A DNA stretch of 63,784 nucleotides from Octopus bimaculoides (taxonomy: Eukaryota). The notes below the pieces were generated by a model, which saw nothing but the letters and a program-made list of their open reading frames with translations, was not told the DNA's origin and did not search any database. The DNA lies in contig NC_068988.1 in NCBI RefSeq assembly GCF_001194135.2, positions 55,117,767-55,181,550 of the forward strand, in the 5' to 3' direction. Positions 23,645-34,995 of the stretch are shown one piece after another. Within the stretch, counting starts at the first letter, position 1; each line of letters opens with the position of its first letter. A program made the position numbers and the translations under genes.

Positions 23645-24720
23645 GAATAATGAGATACCTGCAGAAGTTTTGAGCTGAGAATAAGTTCCTCTATCTAACA
23701 TTCATTGATCTGATGAAGGTCTTTGACTGAGTACCACATTCTATAGTCCAGTGGTTTCTGAGAAAATCAGAAGTAAATGAATGGCCTGAGAAAGCAGTGC
23801 AAGCTACATATAGAAATGTAGTCAATAAAGTGAGCATTGGCAATTAGTTTAGTGATGAATTTTGGTTTGTGTACAAGTAGGTGTTCATCAAGACTCAGAT
23901 TTTAGATCCCACTCCTATTAATTATAGTTTTCCAAGCTATAACAGAAAAGTGTAAAACCAAATGTCTATGGGAACTATTAAATGCTGATAATCCAGTTCC
24001 CACAGCAGAGACTGCAGAAAATTTAGAAATAAAATTCACAGATATGAAAACAAAACCTAGAATTGATGAGTCTAAAGTAAACTTAGTGAAAGTTAAATTT
24101 TTAGTAAGTAGGAAAGAAGACTGGATCCTGCTACTAAAATGGTTGTGTTCAATACATGGGAAAAGAAAAGGTATAAATTTCATAATGTACTTAATGTGAT
24201 CTCTGGGTACACAAGATGTATAGTGGAATCAAAGGTAGGCTGACAGTAAATAAAGACTTTGTATGAGCAAGCGAGCAGAACTAGTTAGTTGTCAGAGAGC
24301 ACCAGTAAAATAAATTCCTTCCATTGTTCAAACAGCTCTGCAGAAGTAGTTGATAGTTTCCGTTACCTAGATGACCTAATTAGCAGTGGAGGAGGATGTT
24401 CTGAAAGTATAGTTGCCAGAATAAGAATAGATGGAAAAAGTTCAGAGAGTTATTAGTGCTACTGGCAACAAGAGGATTCCCTATTTGATTGAAGGGCATA
24501 TTGTATGATGCTTATGTACAAACTATGATACTGCATGGTAGTCAAATGCAGAAGATGCGTGAAAAACTTTTTAAAATACATCAAAAACGCTATACTTAAT
24601 GTGTAATGTTAGTAAACATGAGCTGAGAGAAAAACCATGAAGAATTGGTTGTAAGTGTAGACGAGAGATGATTACATTGGTACAGACATGTTTTGCATAT
24701 GGATGATGTCTGGGTAAATA
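23645..24720 (+). mobile_element. RTE-clade LINE, 3' part continuing the 21.35 kb fragment
   Basis: LYLTFIDLMKVFD*VP; VGVHQ; WELLNADN; EVVDSFRYLDDLISSGGGCSESIVARIR. Confidence 0.85.
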
Positions 24721-25609
24721 CATCTGGACTACTAACTTGGAGAATTATAATTTTACTAGCAATACTCATGTCAGACGTTTAACCAGATTTTGTGTAATTT
24801 CATTTGTTAAGTTTTTGTATTAGGAAAATTTGAGAAAAAATAACAGTTGAAGTTAAGGACTTAAATTATTAACAGGAATGCTTCTGTTTTTTATTATTAT
24901 TATTTATGCTTCTACACTCTGCTGTGAGAATAACAATAAAGTTTTCAGTGTAAAGTTCATTCCTACTCAAAAGGTCACTGCATATTTTACTATTTCATAG
25001 ACTTTAGTTCCTTTGAAGTTTCAAAACTTTGACTGAGCCCTGGAAAAATAAACAAAAAATGCAATTAAAATTAACAAAATTAATTCTATTCTGTATTGTT
25101 TATTCCATTGTAATGTCCACCCAACAAATATTTTCTTATTGTTTTATATTGTCCTTCTCTGACCTTTCCCTATTGAAGGACATCCTGCTATGTCACCCTC
25201 ATGCCATACTCAATCAAAAAAAAGTAAAAAAAAACCCTCCAAATGTCAGCTTCTATTAACATAAATTCACTATCCTGAAATTTGAGACGATATATAAACC
25301 TGTGATCTGAAAGATAACGAAGCATATTAGATGTCAAATACACCCCAACCTTTTTTTTGTTTGTTTGTTTCTTCATGAGAAATGTAGATATGTATAATGT
25401 AGATTGTTTGGTCAAGGTATTTGATTACTAACTTGAGAGAAATTAATTAGATCAAAATCCATTGTGAGTATGTTCTTGTGATTTTGGACCAGACGCTATT
25501 CTGTTGTCTCAGTTCTCTTTGATGTAAAAAACAGATGGCAGAACTTTAAGGATAAAATTACCTATAAAAAACTGGCATTCTATCCAGGGAGAGAAATTTA
25601 TTTTTATAT

Positions 25610-25862
25610 CTATTTAACACAATGGGACACCTGTACTGGTTTATAAAATAATTCATGCACACTTGGAGTAGAGAGGTGTATCATTGATGAGATCATGAAT
25701 GGCAACGAAAGGGCTTTGATAAAACTAGCTGATTGATTGACTGAACAATTAATCAAACAATCGATTAGATGATTCGTTAAAAGGTTAGCCACTTGACTAA
25801 TTAAAATAAAGAACTGAAATAGAACCTGTGCATGTACTTGTTGGTTTAATGACCCATCTAAG
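25610..25862. mobile_element. Decayed copy of the 8.9-kb palindromic MITE
   Basis: Reverse complement GGGTCATTAAACCAACAAGTACATGCACAGGTTCTATTTCAGTTCTTTATT matches the 8930 arm. Confidence 0.6.
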
Positions 25863-25909
25863 ACACATACAATATAATGGTTTCTTACAATTTTATAAAA
25901 CTGGAACTC

Positions 25910-26218
25910 CATCAGTTATGATGATGAGAGTTCCAGTCAATCTGGTCAACAGATGAGCCTGCTCACAAAATTAATGGGCAAGTGGCTGAGCACTCCACAC
26001 ACATGCGTACCCTTAACGTAGTTCTCAGGAAGATTCAGTGTGTCACAGAATGGGACAAGGCTGGCTCTTTGCATTACACATACAACTCAGTTTTGTCAGC
26101 TGAGTGAACTGGAGTAATGTGAAATAAAGTGTCTTGCTCAAGTACACAATGCACCACTGGGAATTGAACTCACAACCATTGGATGATGAGCCAAATACCC
26201 TAACCACTAAGCCACATA
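25910..26218 (-). mobile_element. SINE family B, CpG-decayed
   Basis: Reverse complement of the 4322-4647 element with many CG to TG/CA changes. Confidence 0.85.
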
Positions 26219-26449
26219 CTGTTACTTATATTTTTATAAGAACAGCAGGAAGTATGAGATTTATTTGAGAGTAAAGAAATGAGAAGTTGTGACACTGACG
26301 CTATCTTTAAAGGATATGAGCAATATATATAAAGTGAAATAGCTTCAAATATGATTCAAACACAAGTTATGAACACTGTGGCACTGACTTCATGTGAAAG
26401 ATAATGATTGCTTATAACTAGCACAAATTAAAATTTTGTAAGAAGATTC

Positions 26450-26918
26450 GTGATGGCACCAGTACCAGTAAATCACTAAGAGCACCGTCCGAGCGTGATC
26501 GTTGCTAGAGCACCAGCTGTCTGGCTTTCGTGCCGGTGGCACGTAAATAGCACCATTTGAGCGTGACCGTTACCAACGTCGCCTTCCTGGCACTTCTTCC
26601 AGTGGCACAGGAAAAGACATTCGAGCGAGTTTGTTGCCAGTACTGCTGGACTGGCTCCTGTGTAGGTGGCACGTAAAATACACCATTTCGAGCATGGCCG
26701 TTGCCAGTACCACCTGACTGGCCTTCGTGCCAGTGGCACATAAAATCATCCACTACACTCTCTGAGTGGTTGGCGTTAGGAAGGGCATCCAGCTGTAGAA
26801 ACTCTGCCAAATCAGATTGGAGCCTGGTGTAGCCATCTGGTTCGCCAGTCCTCAGTCAAATCATCCAACCCATGCTAGCATGGAAAGCGGACGTTAAATG
26901 ATGATGATGATGATGATG
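26450..26918 (+). mobile_element. Retroposon family E with internal subrepeats and a (GAT)n tail
   Basis: GGAAGGGCATCCAGCTGTAGAAACTCTGCC...CATGGAAAGCGGACGTTAAATGATGATGATG. Copies at 45.7, 59.9, 60.9, 61.4 and 61.7 kb. Confidence 0.8.
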
Positions 26919-27419
26919 ATAGAGTGCTGTACGGTGTTTGGATTGACAAGCCAAAGATTAGCTCCAGGGTTGCCTCTGTACATCATAAAAAGAGACTAAA
27001 AGAGGTTGAAGTAGGATTTGCTCGTTGACCTTATAAAGGATCCCTCACCAGCAATGAATACCCAAACTGACCCATGGATTAAAGGGTTGTTACTTGAGTG
27101 GTGCAAAGGTGTCACCCTTCAGGAATAAGGGAATTACTAACAAATGGTGAATGCAGCAATGCGCTGTAACAGCATGTGACCCCCATACCTGACCTGAACT
27201 GATAGAGAATTGTTTGAACATTTCCAAGTATATTACTGGTACTTGTTTTTCTAATCCTCAGTATATGAAAAGAAATGATCACTCTGGTGATATTTTCACA
27301 AATGAGCTACATCAAATTTTCGAGATGAGTTTGCAACAGTTCGAATACTTTTAAAAACAAGGCAACATGATTGACTGGCATGGTTTACGCACCAATACGC
27401 TACATCTTTTAACCCTCAG

Positions 27420-27765
27420 TTGCATTGTCTTCTCACTCTATCCTTTCTACCTTTATGACAAATAGCTTCTGCTGAATATGTAAGAGAAGCTACCAACTGC
27501 ATCAATGAAGTCCTCTGAGCCTTGCAAAGAATTTACTTTACCACTGCTCTGAGGGCTAATTACTCTTGTACACCTACTACAAGTAAAGTCTCTATTCACT
27601 GTCGACCTGCCTTTAATTTCATTACACCCTTTGTCCCCTCATAGATCACATAAGGTACACTGTGTGGAATTTCTATCTACTCCTATTTTGCATATTGAGC
27701 ATGGCCATTTTCCTGATGGTATCAGGGTCCTGTATTCTTTTTTACCAAATTGCTTCATTAATTAC
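27420..27765 (-). mobile_element. RTE-type LINE fragment with a Cys-rich finger
   Basis: GKWPCSICKIGVDRNSTQCTLC...FTCSRC, same family type as 24.1-24.3 kb. Confidence 0.7.
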
Positions 27766-28639
27766 ATGAAAGAATGCTAAAATGTTTGTTTATTTATATC
27801 TCTAAATTGGAGTTGTTTGTTATTTTTTATAGTAAGTCTAACAGCTATGGAAGAACATGTGATTAATTTAATTACTTAATATAGTAGTTAGTTTTAACAC
27901 ACTCAAACGGATACACACATGGACACACACATACACATGTATACATTATATACATACTTACATATATACACATACACTCACATATATTAAGGATATTTTG
28001 CCCTATATCTTACGAAGGAAATAGGATAGTCATCTGTAATGACTAAAGTATCAGATTTTTTTATTTTCTGCTAGAAAGTCTCAGATATGTTTTAGGTCTT
28101 AAAAAGTATGTATTACAGGAGTGTTCAAAGATCAACTGAAAAGATGTTAAAACTGTTTTTGAGAACAGATATTTGATGTGTAATGAAGCATAAGCTATTG
28201 TTGTTTTAGTCTCCTCCCAGCCATGACCATTCCATCATGTTTTCAGATATAATATTTATAAGACTATATTATCAGTCTCTTTAATTTTTTTCTTCAGATG
28301 ATTTGACTGTGGTGCCTATTGGGTTAAGTGACCCCATAAAATAGTGTTCCCAAAAGCAGTTTGTTTTAAGATGTTATTATGTGTGCTGAAAAAATATAAT
28401 TATTTTCTAAAAAATTTGGAAAACACAAACTGTAATTTTAAATATAAAATCTCAATAAGTATAAAGTCTTGATAACTTGATAACTGGCCACATTTATTGA
28501 ATAAAAAAGTATTTCTTTTCTCTCTTTTTTTCTTTTATTGGTTTCACTCAGGGGCTGTGGCTATGCTGGAGCACTGCCTTTAACATTAATACTTGTTTAT
28601 TTAAGACTTATTTCCCAGTCCTATTTCTAGAATAGTGAA

Positions 28640-28785
28640 GTTGGATCAAGCTGCTCTTCTTCGCATTTCTTGCCATGATGTAACTTCGTCTGATATCCCA
28701 GATAAAAATCTATCTAAATTTTCTTTGAACAAACTCACATCTACTCCTTATAGATCTCTGAGGCCTTTTGGCAAGGTATTATTAA
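28640..28785 (-). mobile_element. CR1/L2-group LINE 3'-end fragment
   Basis: RDL*GVDVSLFKENLDRFLSGISDE. Confidence 0.55.
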
Positions 28786-29115
28786 AAAGTTGTGTAGTTT
28801 TATTTATTTATATTTATTGATTAAACTTTTAAAAGTTATCTCTACATATTTTCAATAGAAACTAAAGCCAGTACTGGAAGTTACGATATTTCGTATGTGA
28901 ATACATCTATGTAAACAATGTAATCAAAGACAGAAAAATAGGTTATGGGTGTATATGCATATTTCAGTTCTTGCACCTTCTTCAAGATCATCGAAACTAT
29001 TAACTATCCATGAACACATTGTTTGAATAGCCACCAAATGTAACAATGTAACACAGTTGGATAAACCAATTTTGCATATCAAACACATCCCTAGCAACTG
29101 GTACATACATATTAA

Positions 29116-30517
29116 CCCTTTTGTTACCAACCTGGCTGAAACCGGCTCTGACTCTGAATACAAATGTCTTGTTTTCATAAGTTTTGAATTAAAATCTTCC
29201 ACCAAACCTTAGTCACAATTTATGTTCCTGTAGTGAAACTACCTATCGCCATTACATACAATCTTCTCATTTAAATATAAACAAGCGCGGGCGTAGCGGA
29301 AAACACATTCCTTGTCATCACGTGACTGATTATTATTCGAAGCGGCAACTTCTTCGAACCGTTCCCGCCAGAACGCAAACTGACCAATCACGGCCCCTAA
29401 TAAGGTCACGTGATAGAGTATTTTTCTGATGTCTGGTGAGCCTACCATCAACTATAAAATGCNNNNNNNNNNNNNNNNNNNNNNNNNNNNNNNNNNNNNN
29501 NNNNNNNNNNNNNNNNNNNNNNNNNNNNNNNNNNNNNNNNNNNNNNNNNNNNNNNNNNNNNNNNNNNNNNNNNNNNNNNNNNNNNNNNNNNNNNNNNNNN
29601 NNNNNNNNNNNNNNNNNNNNNNNNNNNNNNNNNNNNNNNNNNNNNNNNNNNNNNNNNNNNNNNNNNNNNNNNNNNNNNNNNNNNNNNNNNNNNNNNNNNN
29701 NNNNNNNNNNNNNNNNNNNNACGACTACTACCAAGCATTCGTCTTCGCCACCAGCATCTCCAACGATAGTCAACACGACTTTCTATGTACACCAATCCAA
29801 ACCACCGCGGCACATCTCACTCTCTTCGATTCTGTTAGGTGTTTCATATTCACCACGATTAATAATAGACAAGAGAATTCAGCCAGCGACGAACGTCTGT
29901 CCTCAAGAGCCCAGCCCGGCATGGAAGCCAACATCACAACTAGTGATCACTCTGCCACACTCACAGCCTCAACTTCTTTCACATACAGACTCTTCCTATT
30001 GTGTACTCAAGAACTGGTATAAATGCTCACGTGTTACTGACTCTCTTTCTATCTGCTGTAATATCTCACATACACATACATGTATCACTCACATACACTC
30101 TTTTCTTTGTACGACGGCCTGTCTTTTATTATGTTTTTATATGTCGCATTAACACTCACATACAGACATACATCTTTAACGTCACAATAAATATCTCTGT
30201 TATTCATTTCATACGGTTGCCTTCTATCGTCTCTTCATTACTGGTATTTACGAATTCACATATGTTATCGTAGTATAACATATTTTGTATATCATATTTG
30301 ATATATATTTTTGTGTTCGACCGTGTGACACGTCTAAAATAAAAGGAGTCCTCTTTTTCCATTCGTCACCATTTCTCCTTTTTGAGTTTGTACGGTCGTT
30401 CTTACATTCCTAACACTAGCTGAATGATAACTAAGTTAGTTTACTAAATTCTTTGTTATATTTAAAGTAATTGAAAGAAACACAGAGCATCCCAAAATAA
30501 ATACAGTAACAAAAGGG
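29116..30517. mobile_element. piggyBac-type MITE split by a solo LTR
   Basis: TTAA|CCCTTTTGTTAC...GTAACAAAAGGG|TTAA (TTAA at 29112-15 and 30518-21). The halves rejoin as ATGTTCC-TAACACTAG once the insert is removed. Confidence 0.85.
29229..30406 (+). mobile_element. Solo LTR (probably Gypsy-type), young and CpG-rich
   Basis: TGTA...TACA termini and a perfect 4-bp TSD TTCC (29225-28 and 30407-10). Contains two TCACGTGA, CCAATCA, TATAAAA (~29454) and AATAAA (~30185, ~30338). Confidence 0.8.
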
Positions 30518-30999
30518 TTAAATGCGGACATGGATACCATATTTCATTAATTCATTTGCATAATGAAATACAGTCTTGCTATGTATAATTAATTAATGGC
30601 TAAAATATGTAACATTTTAAATGCTTTTTCTTTCTTACTTTATGCACAATTGTCCTAACATATCTTTATTCACTCAGAAGTGTGCAGGTACTATGCTTCA
30701 AATTGTTTGTGAACCACTGATGTTCATACTCCTTCATTCACTATAACAGCATAGGCTGTTTATTATTGCATGAGTGAGAAGAGCAGCATAACTGGGATAA
30801 TAATTGATGTATCAAGTTCAATTGTAGAGAATGTAACAATTAAACTAGAAATGTAGTTGTCAGGAGAGGATGGGCTAACTTAAAATGCAAAACTTTCAGA
30901 GAAGTAGAGACCGATATTAATTACATTATTTATTCTCTTCTTTCACACATCAAGTAGAACAACATATATGGACAGATTCCTCTCAGCTTTTATCATCAT

Positions 31000-31270
31000 C
31001 ATAATTTTAATGTCTGCTTTTCCATGCTAGCATAGGTTGGAGAGAGCTTATTAGGCAGATATTTTTTGTACAGTCGGATGCCCTTCCTGTTGATAACCCT
31101 TACCTGTTTCCATTCGAGGTAATATTTCCCAGGGCCAGACAGGCTTTCCATGGAAGACTCGAAATGAATAACATTGCTTGTATGATGATGCATATTTTCC
31201 ACCATCATATGCTGTCAAAACTAGAGTGCTCACAAGTGTACACACACATGCACGCACACACACACACACA
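31000..31270 (-). mobile_element. Retroposon family F with a (GAT)n tail
   Basis: GGATGCCCTTCCTGT...CCTTACCTGTTTCC...GGTAATATTTCCC. Related copies at 34.75, 49.55, 51.5, 54.7, 56.9 and 58.1 kb. Confidence 0.7.
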
Positions 31271-31637
31271 TCACCATCATCATAATCATAATCATTAACA
31301 TTTAACATCTGTTTTCCATTCTGGCATGGTTTGGAATGTTTGGCAGGGGTTGGTCTTCACCACTTCATTCTATGACTTCCTGGGTCTAATCCTTCCATAT
31401 TTTCCCTCTACAATTAGAGATCGCCACCCCTTGATGCAACAGTCATCATTCATATGCATTACATGGCCATACCAGCACACATACATATATACAAAATATC
31501 ATCTAGCAAAGCAATGTTTCCTCATGGCCAGACATACTTTTGCAGAATATTGGAAATGAATAAAATTCATTTACAATAATCACAAGATGTTAAGACAAGG
31601 AAAGACAAACATATACATACTTGCATATTATATTTAC

Positions 31638-32279
31638 GAGTCTAGGACATTTACCCCCATGGACAATAACCCCCCCGAGGATAATTACCCTTGACGACAA
31701 CAACCTCCTAGAACAATTACCCCTAAGCAGTTAACTCCCAATGTGTACCATATTTTAATGTGTATAAGCTGCTATTTTTTACCAGGGAAATTTAGTGTGC
31801 AGCTTAGAGAAAGGTGTGCCTAATGTGTGCATTTTTCATAAGTTTCAGGAGGAAAATAATTTGTGCATGGTGATCGAATCATTTCACTGATTTTTTTCAG
31901 AGGAAAGGTCAGTTGGTGAACAATATGAAAGACTACTGCTACTGTACATTGGTACCCAGAAGAAAACAAAGCATATTTGCTTTAATTTATGTTCATGTTT
32001 TGATGATGCTATTTTTAATCTAATAAAGACTTTGATATTGATTAAATGTGTTTGTTGTTGATTATTTCTAGGAAGAAATATTTAGATGTTTCAGCCTGTA
32101 TTAATGCTGTAGTTAGCAATTATGAAAACATAAATGTGATACAATATTTGTGAGGAATTGCATATAATTTGCACTTTTAGAGGATGATTTAAAACTTCTT
32201 AATATATTGGAGAGGGGGTAATTGTCCTAGTGGGTAGTTGTTGTCCGGGAGAAATTCCTGGGGGTAATTGTCCTGATAC
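31638..32279 (+). mobile_element. Non-autonomous Mutator-like (MULE) element
   Basis: G...C termini with GGACAATTACCCC subterminal repeats in inverted orientation. 9-bp TSD TATATTTAC / AATATTTAC. Transposase C-terminal remnant RKKYLDV...YL*GIAYNLHF* at ~32069-32178. Confidence 0.85.
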
Positions 32280-33437
32280 AATATTTACATACATACATAC
32301 AACAATCTTTGTTCACTTTCTATCTACCAAATCCATTCACAAGGCTTTGGTTGGCCTGTATCTAGAGTAGAAGGCACTTACTCAAGATGTGATACAGCAA
32401 ATTCCATCTGACCAGACATTTGCAAGTGTGGAAAAGAGGATGTTAAATGATGATGGTGATAATGAATCTGCTTTTGTTTTTTTCTTAACAATCACCGTTA
32501 GGTTTTTTGTAGAGATAAATTTACTGGAAACCCCCTATCCAACTCCATATTAGAGGTCTCTTGCCCTTTAAAACTTTAGCAAGAGCAATGTTGCTTGTTA
32601 TTGACCTTGACATTGGCAAATCTCTTAATCGTATCTAACTTGAAAATTGACATGCAAAGTTGCTTGCCAAAAATTTAGGTTTTAAGACATGCCATATTGT
32701 ACCCCTATAATTTCATTAGGGGTTAAGCCTGCTCTCCCACATATGGTATGGTGCTGCTGTTACGCACAAAAACAAATTAGACTACATACAGAGAAAAACC
32801 TAAATGAAACAACACAAAAAAAACAAAACAAATGTCATTCAATTCCTTGGCACCTACTTACCATCTCTGATACTGAGAAGGAAAATTCATGAAAATGTTA
32901 CTCACCAACATTCTACAATTGACATTCTACCCATTGACTGGCTAATTTTATAAAAGTACCCATTTTATTAATAACAATTTCTGATTTAGGGTAGTTATGT
33001 CAAGGAAGAGATATGTGGAACACTGTTTAGCGTATTAATTTTCTGTCTAGAGATAAAATGATATACAACTGAAGCTTAAGAAATAAGGTTTTAAGTGGCT
33101 TTGGTTATTTATTATCTCTGATATCAATGTCATACTTATGTAGGGAAGTGTTTTATTGAGTCTTCCTCAGAGATTCTGTATGACTATTACATTTTGGCGG
33201 GGTACCCATCCTTATTGTTACTTTCCAGATTTCATTTAGTATTTAATGGATACTATTTATGCTAAGATTTACTTGATGGTAATAAGGATAAATATAATAT
33301 GATGTAGACTGCATGTTAATAAACAACCTTATTTTTATTTTGTTAAACAATTAAATTGATCATAACAGACCAATGAAGAACATGGAGTGAGAAGACTAGT
33401 ATTAATGAATTGTAAAAAAAAAGTTCTTACATAAAGA

Positions 33438-34002
33438 TGTTGTATGAGTCTTTATATTTGTGTACGTTAGCTCAGAGAGAAAAAGAGAGAGAGAGAGAGA
33501 GGGGGGAGAGATTGTCAGTGTGTAATATGTTCTTTTCTGTCTCTAATTGAGTTTTTATGCAAGCTTGAACATGCTTTTCATTCTATGCATATGTGAAAGA
33601 GAAAGAACAAGAGATGAGTGTGTGAAAGAATTGTTCTCATCTGTCTAGGCATTTAGCAAGAGTTTGGGTGAATCCATGATAATCTCTAAACAAAATGACA
33701 AATTCAAACTATTAAGGTTGAAAGGAGTGGGAAAATTGCTCATGTGTACTAAAGATAATCATTCTATTGGCTGAAAAATGATAGTTTTAACTATGTAATC
33801 ATGTGACCTAATAGGGTTTTCTTGATTGGTAGAAATTCAATAATTTCAACTGGTAGAAATAAAATGGTGTTGGATGCACCAAATTTTCAAGATTTTTCTT
33901 TGTGTTTTATGTACAACAACTTGACAGTTACTAATTGGTTATAATTGGTGTACGTGATTAAAAACATTTAAGTACTTGTGGAGAGGCGAGCTGTACTCTA
34001 CA
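33438..34002 (-). mobile_element. Putative older solo LTR related to the 29.2-kb LTR
   Basis: TGT...ACA ends with flanks AAGA / CAGA. Minus-strand start TGTAGAGTACAGCTCGCC and CCAATCA...CCCTATTAGGTCACATGAT resemble the 29.2-kb LTR. Confidence 0.45.
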
Positions 34003-34739
34003 CAGATATAGTTTAGTAACAATCTAATTGCATTTCTTCAATACCATGTTTAGATGTCGCTACAAGAGGGAGAAACCTAAGGTAGTTAAAGCATTTTTTT
34101 AGGCTGATTAGATTTAAGTATTGATTCTTACATAATTTTATTCTGGAGTAATAGGCACTGGCAGGCTGTGTGCTTAAGAAATTTGCTTCCTCACCACAGG
34201 GTTCTAAGTTCAGTACCACTCCATGGCACCTCAGGCAGGTGTCTTCTCCTATAACCTTAGGTTTACCAAGGCCTTGTGAGTGAGTTTGGTAGATGGAAAC
34301 TGAAAGGAGCCCATGTATATGTTGAGGTATTGCCTTGAAGGGATTTAGTTGAAAGATTCAACCTCTGGACTTAGATTTTTCAAACCACATACTTATACTA
34401 TTGGTCTCTCTTGTTGAACTGCTTATTTACAGGGCAGTAAACAAACCGACTTTGGTTGTAAAGCTGTTGCGGGGGATAAATGCAAGGACTCACACACAAA
34501 CACATGCATGCAAACACACACACACATGCATGCACACATGTACGCATGCGCCCATACACACACACACACACGCCTGCACACATGTACGCATGCATGCACA
34601 CACATGATGAGCTTCTTTCAGTTTCCATCTACAAAATCCACTCACAAGGCTAGTTGAAGACACCTGATCAAGGTGTCATGCAATGGAACTGAACCTAGAA
34701 ACATGTGATTGGGAAACAAACTTGTGTGTGTGTAAGTGT

Positions 34740-34995
34740 GTGTATGTGATGCTGTCCCTTTGTCTTGACATCACGTAATAGCAGTAAATTGGTGTCACCA
34801 TTGTACAAGCAGTGTCATTTCTTTGCAATATTCTACAAAAACATGTCTAGCCTATTATGCTTGAAGACAGGTGATGTTTGGCAACAGGAAGGGCATCCGG
34901 CCACAAAATATCTGCCTCAGTAAACTCTGTCTGTTCTATACGAAAATGGAAAAGTGGATCTTAAAATGATGGTGAGGATGATGATGATGATGATG
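34740..34995 (+). mobile_element. Retroposon family F copy
   Basis: GGCAACAGGAAGGGCATCCGGCCAC...CTGCCTCAG...AAAAGTGGATCTTAAAATGATG tail. Confidence 0.7.

Noticed and set aside
26450-26760. Regularly spaced ~55-60 bp repeats superficially like a CRISPR array
   Set aside because: Degenerate internal subrepeats of retroposon family E in a eukaryotic intronic context; no unique spacers or cas genes.
29237-29460. Apparent bidirectional host promoter and a minus-strand first exon ATG GCG ATA G|GTAGTT
   Set aside because: Lies inside a TG...CA element with a TTCC TSD that splits a MITE, so it is LTR sequence rather than a host gene start.
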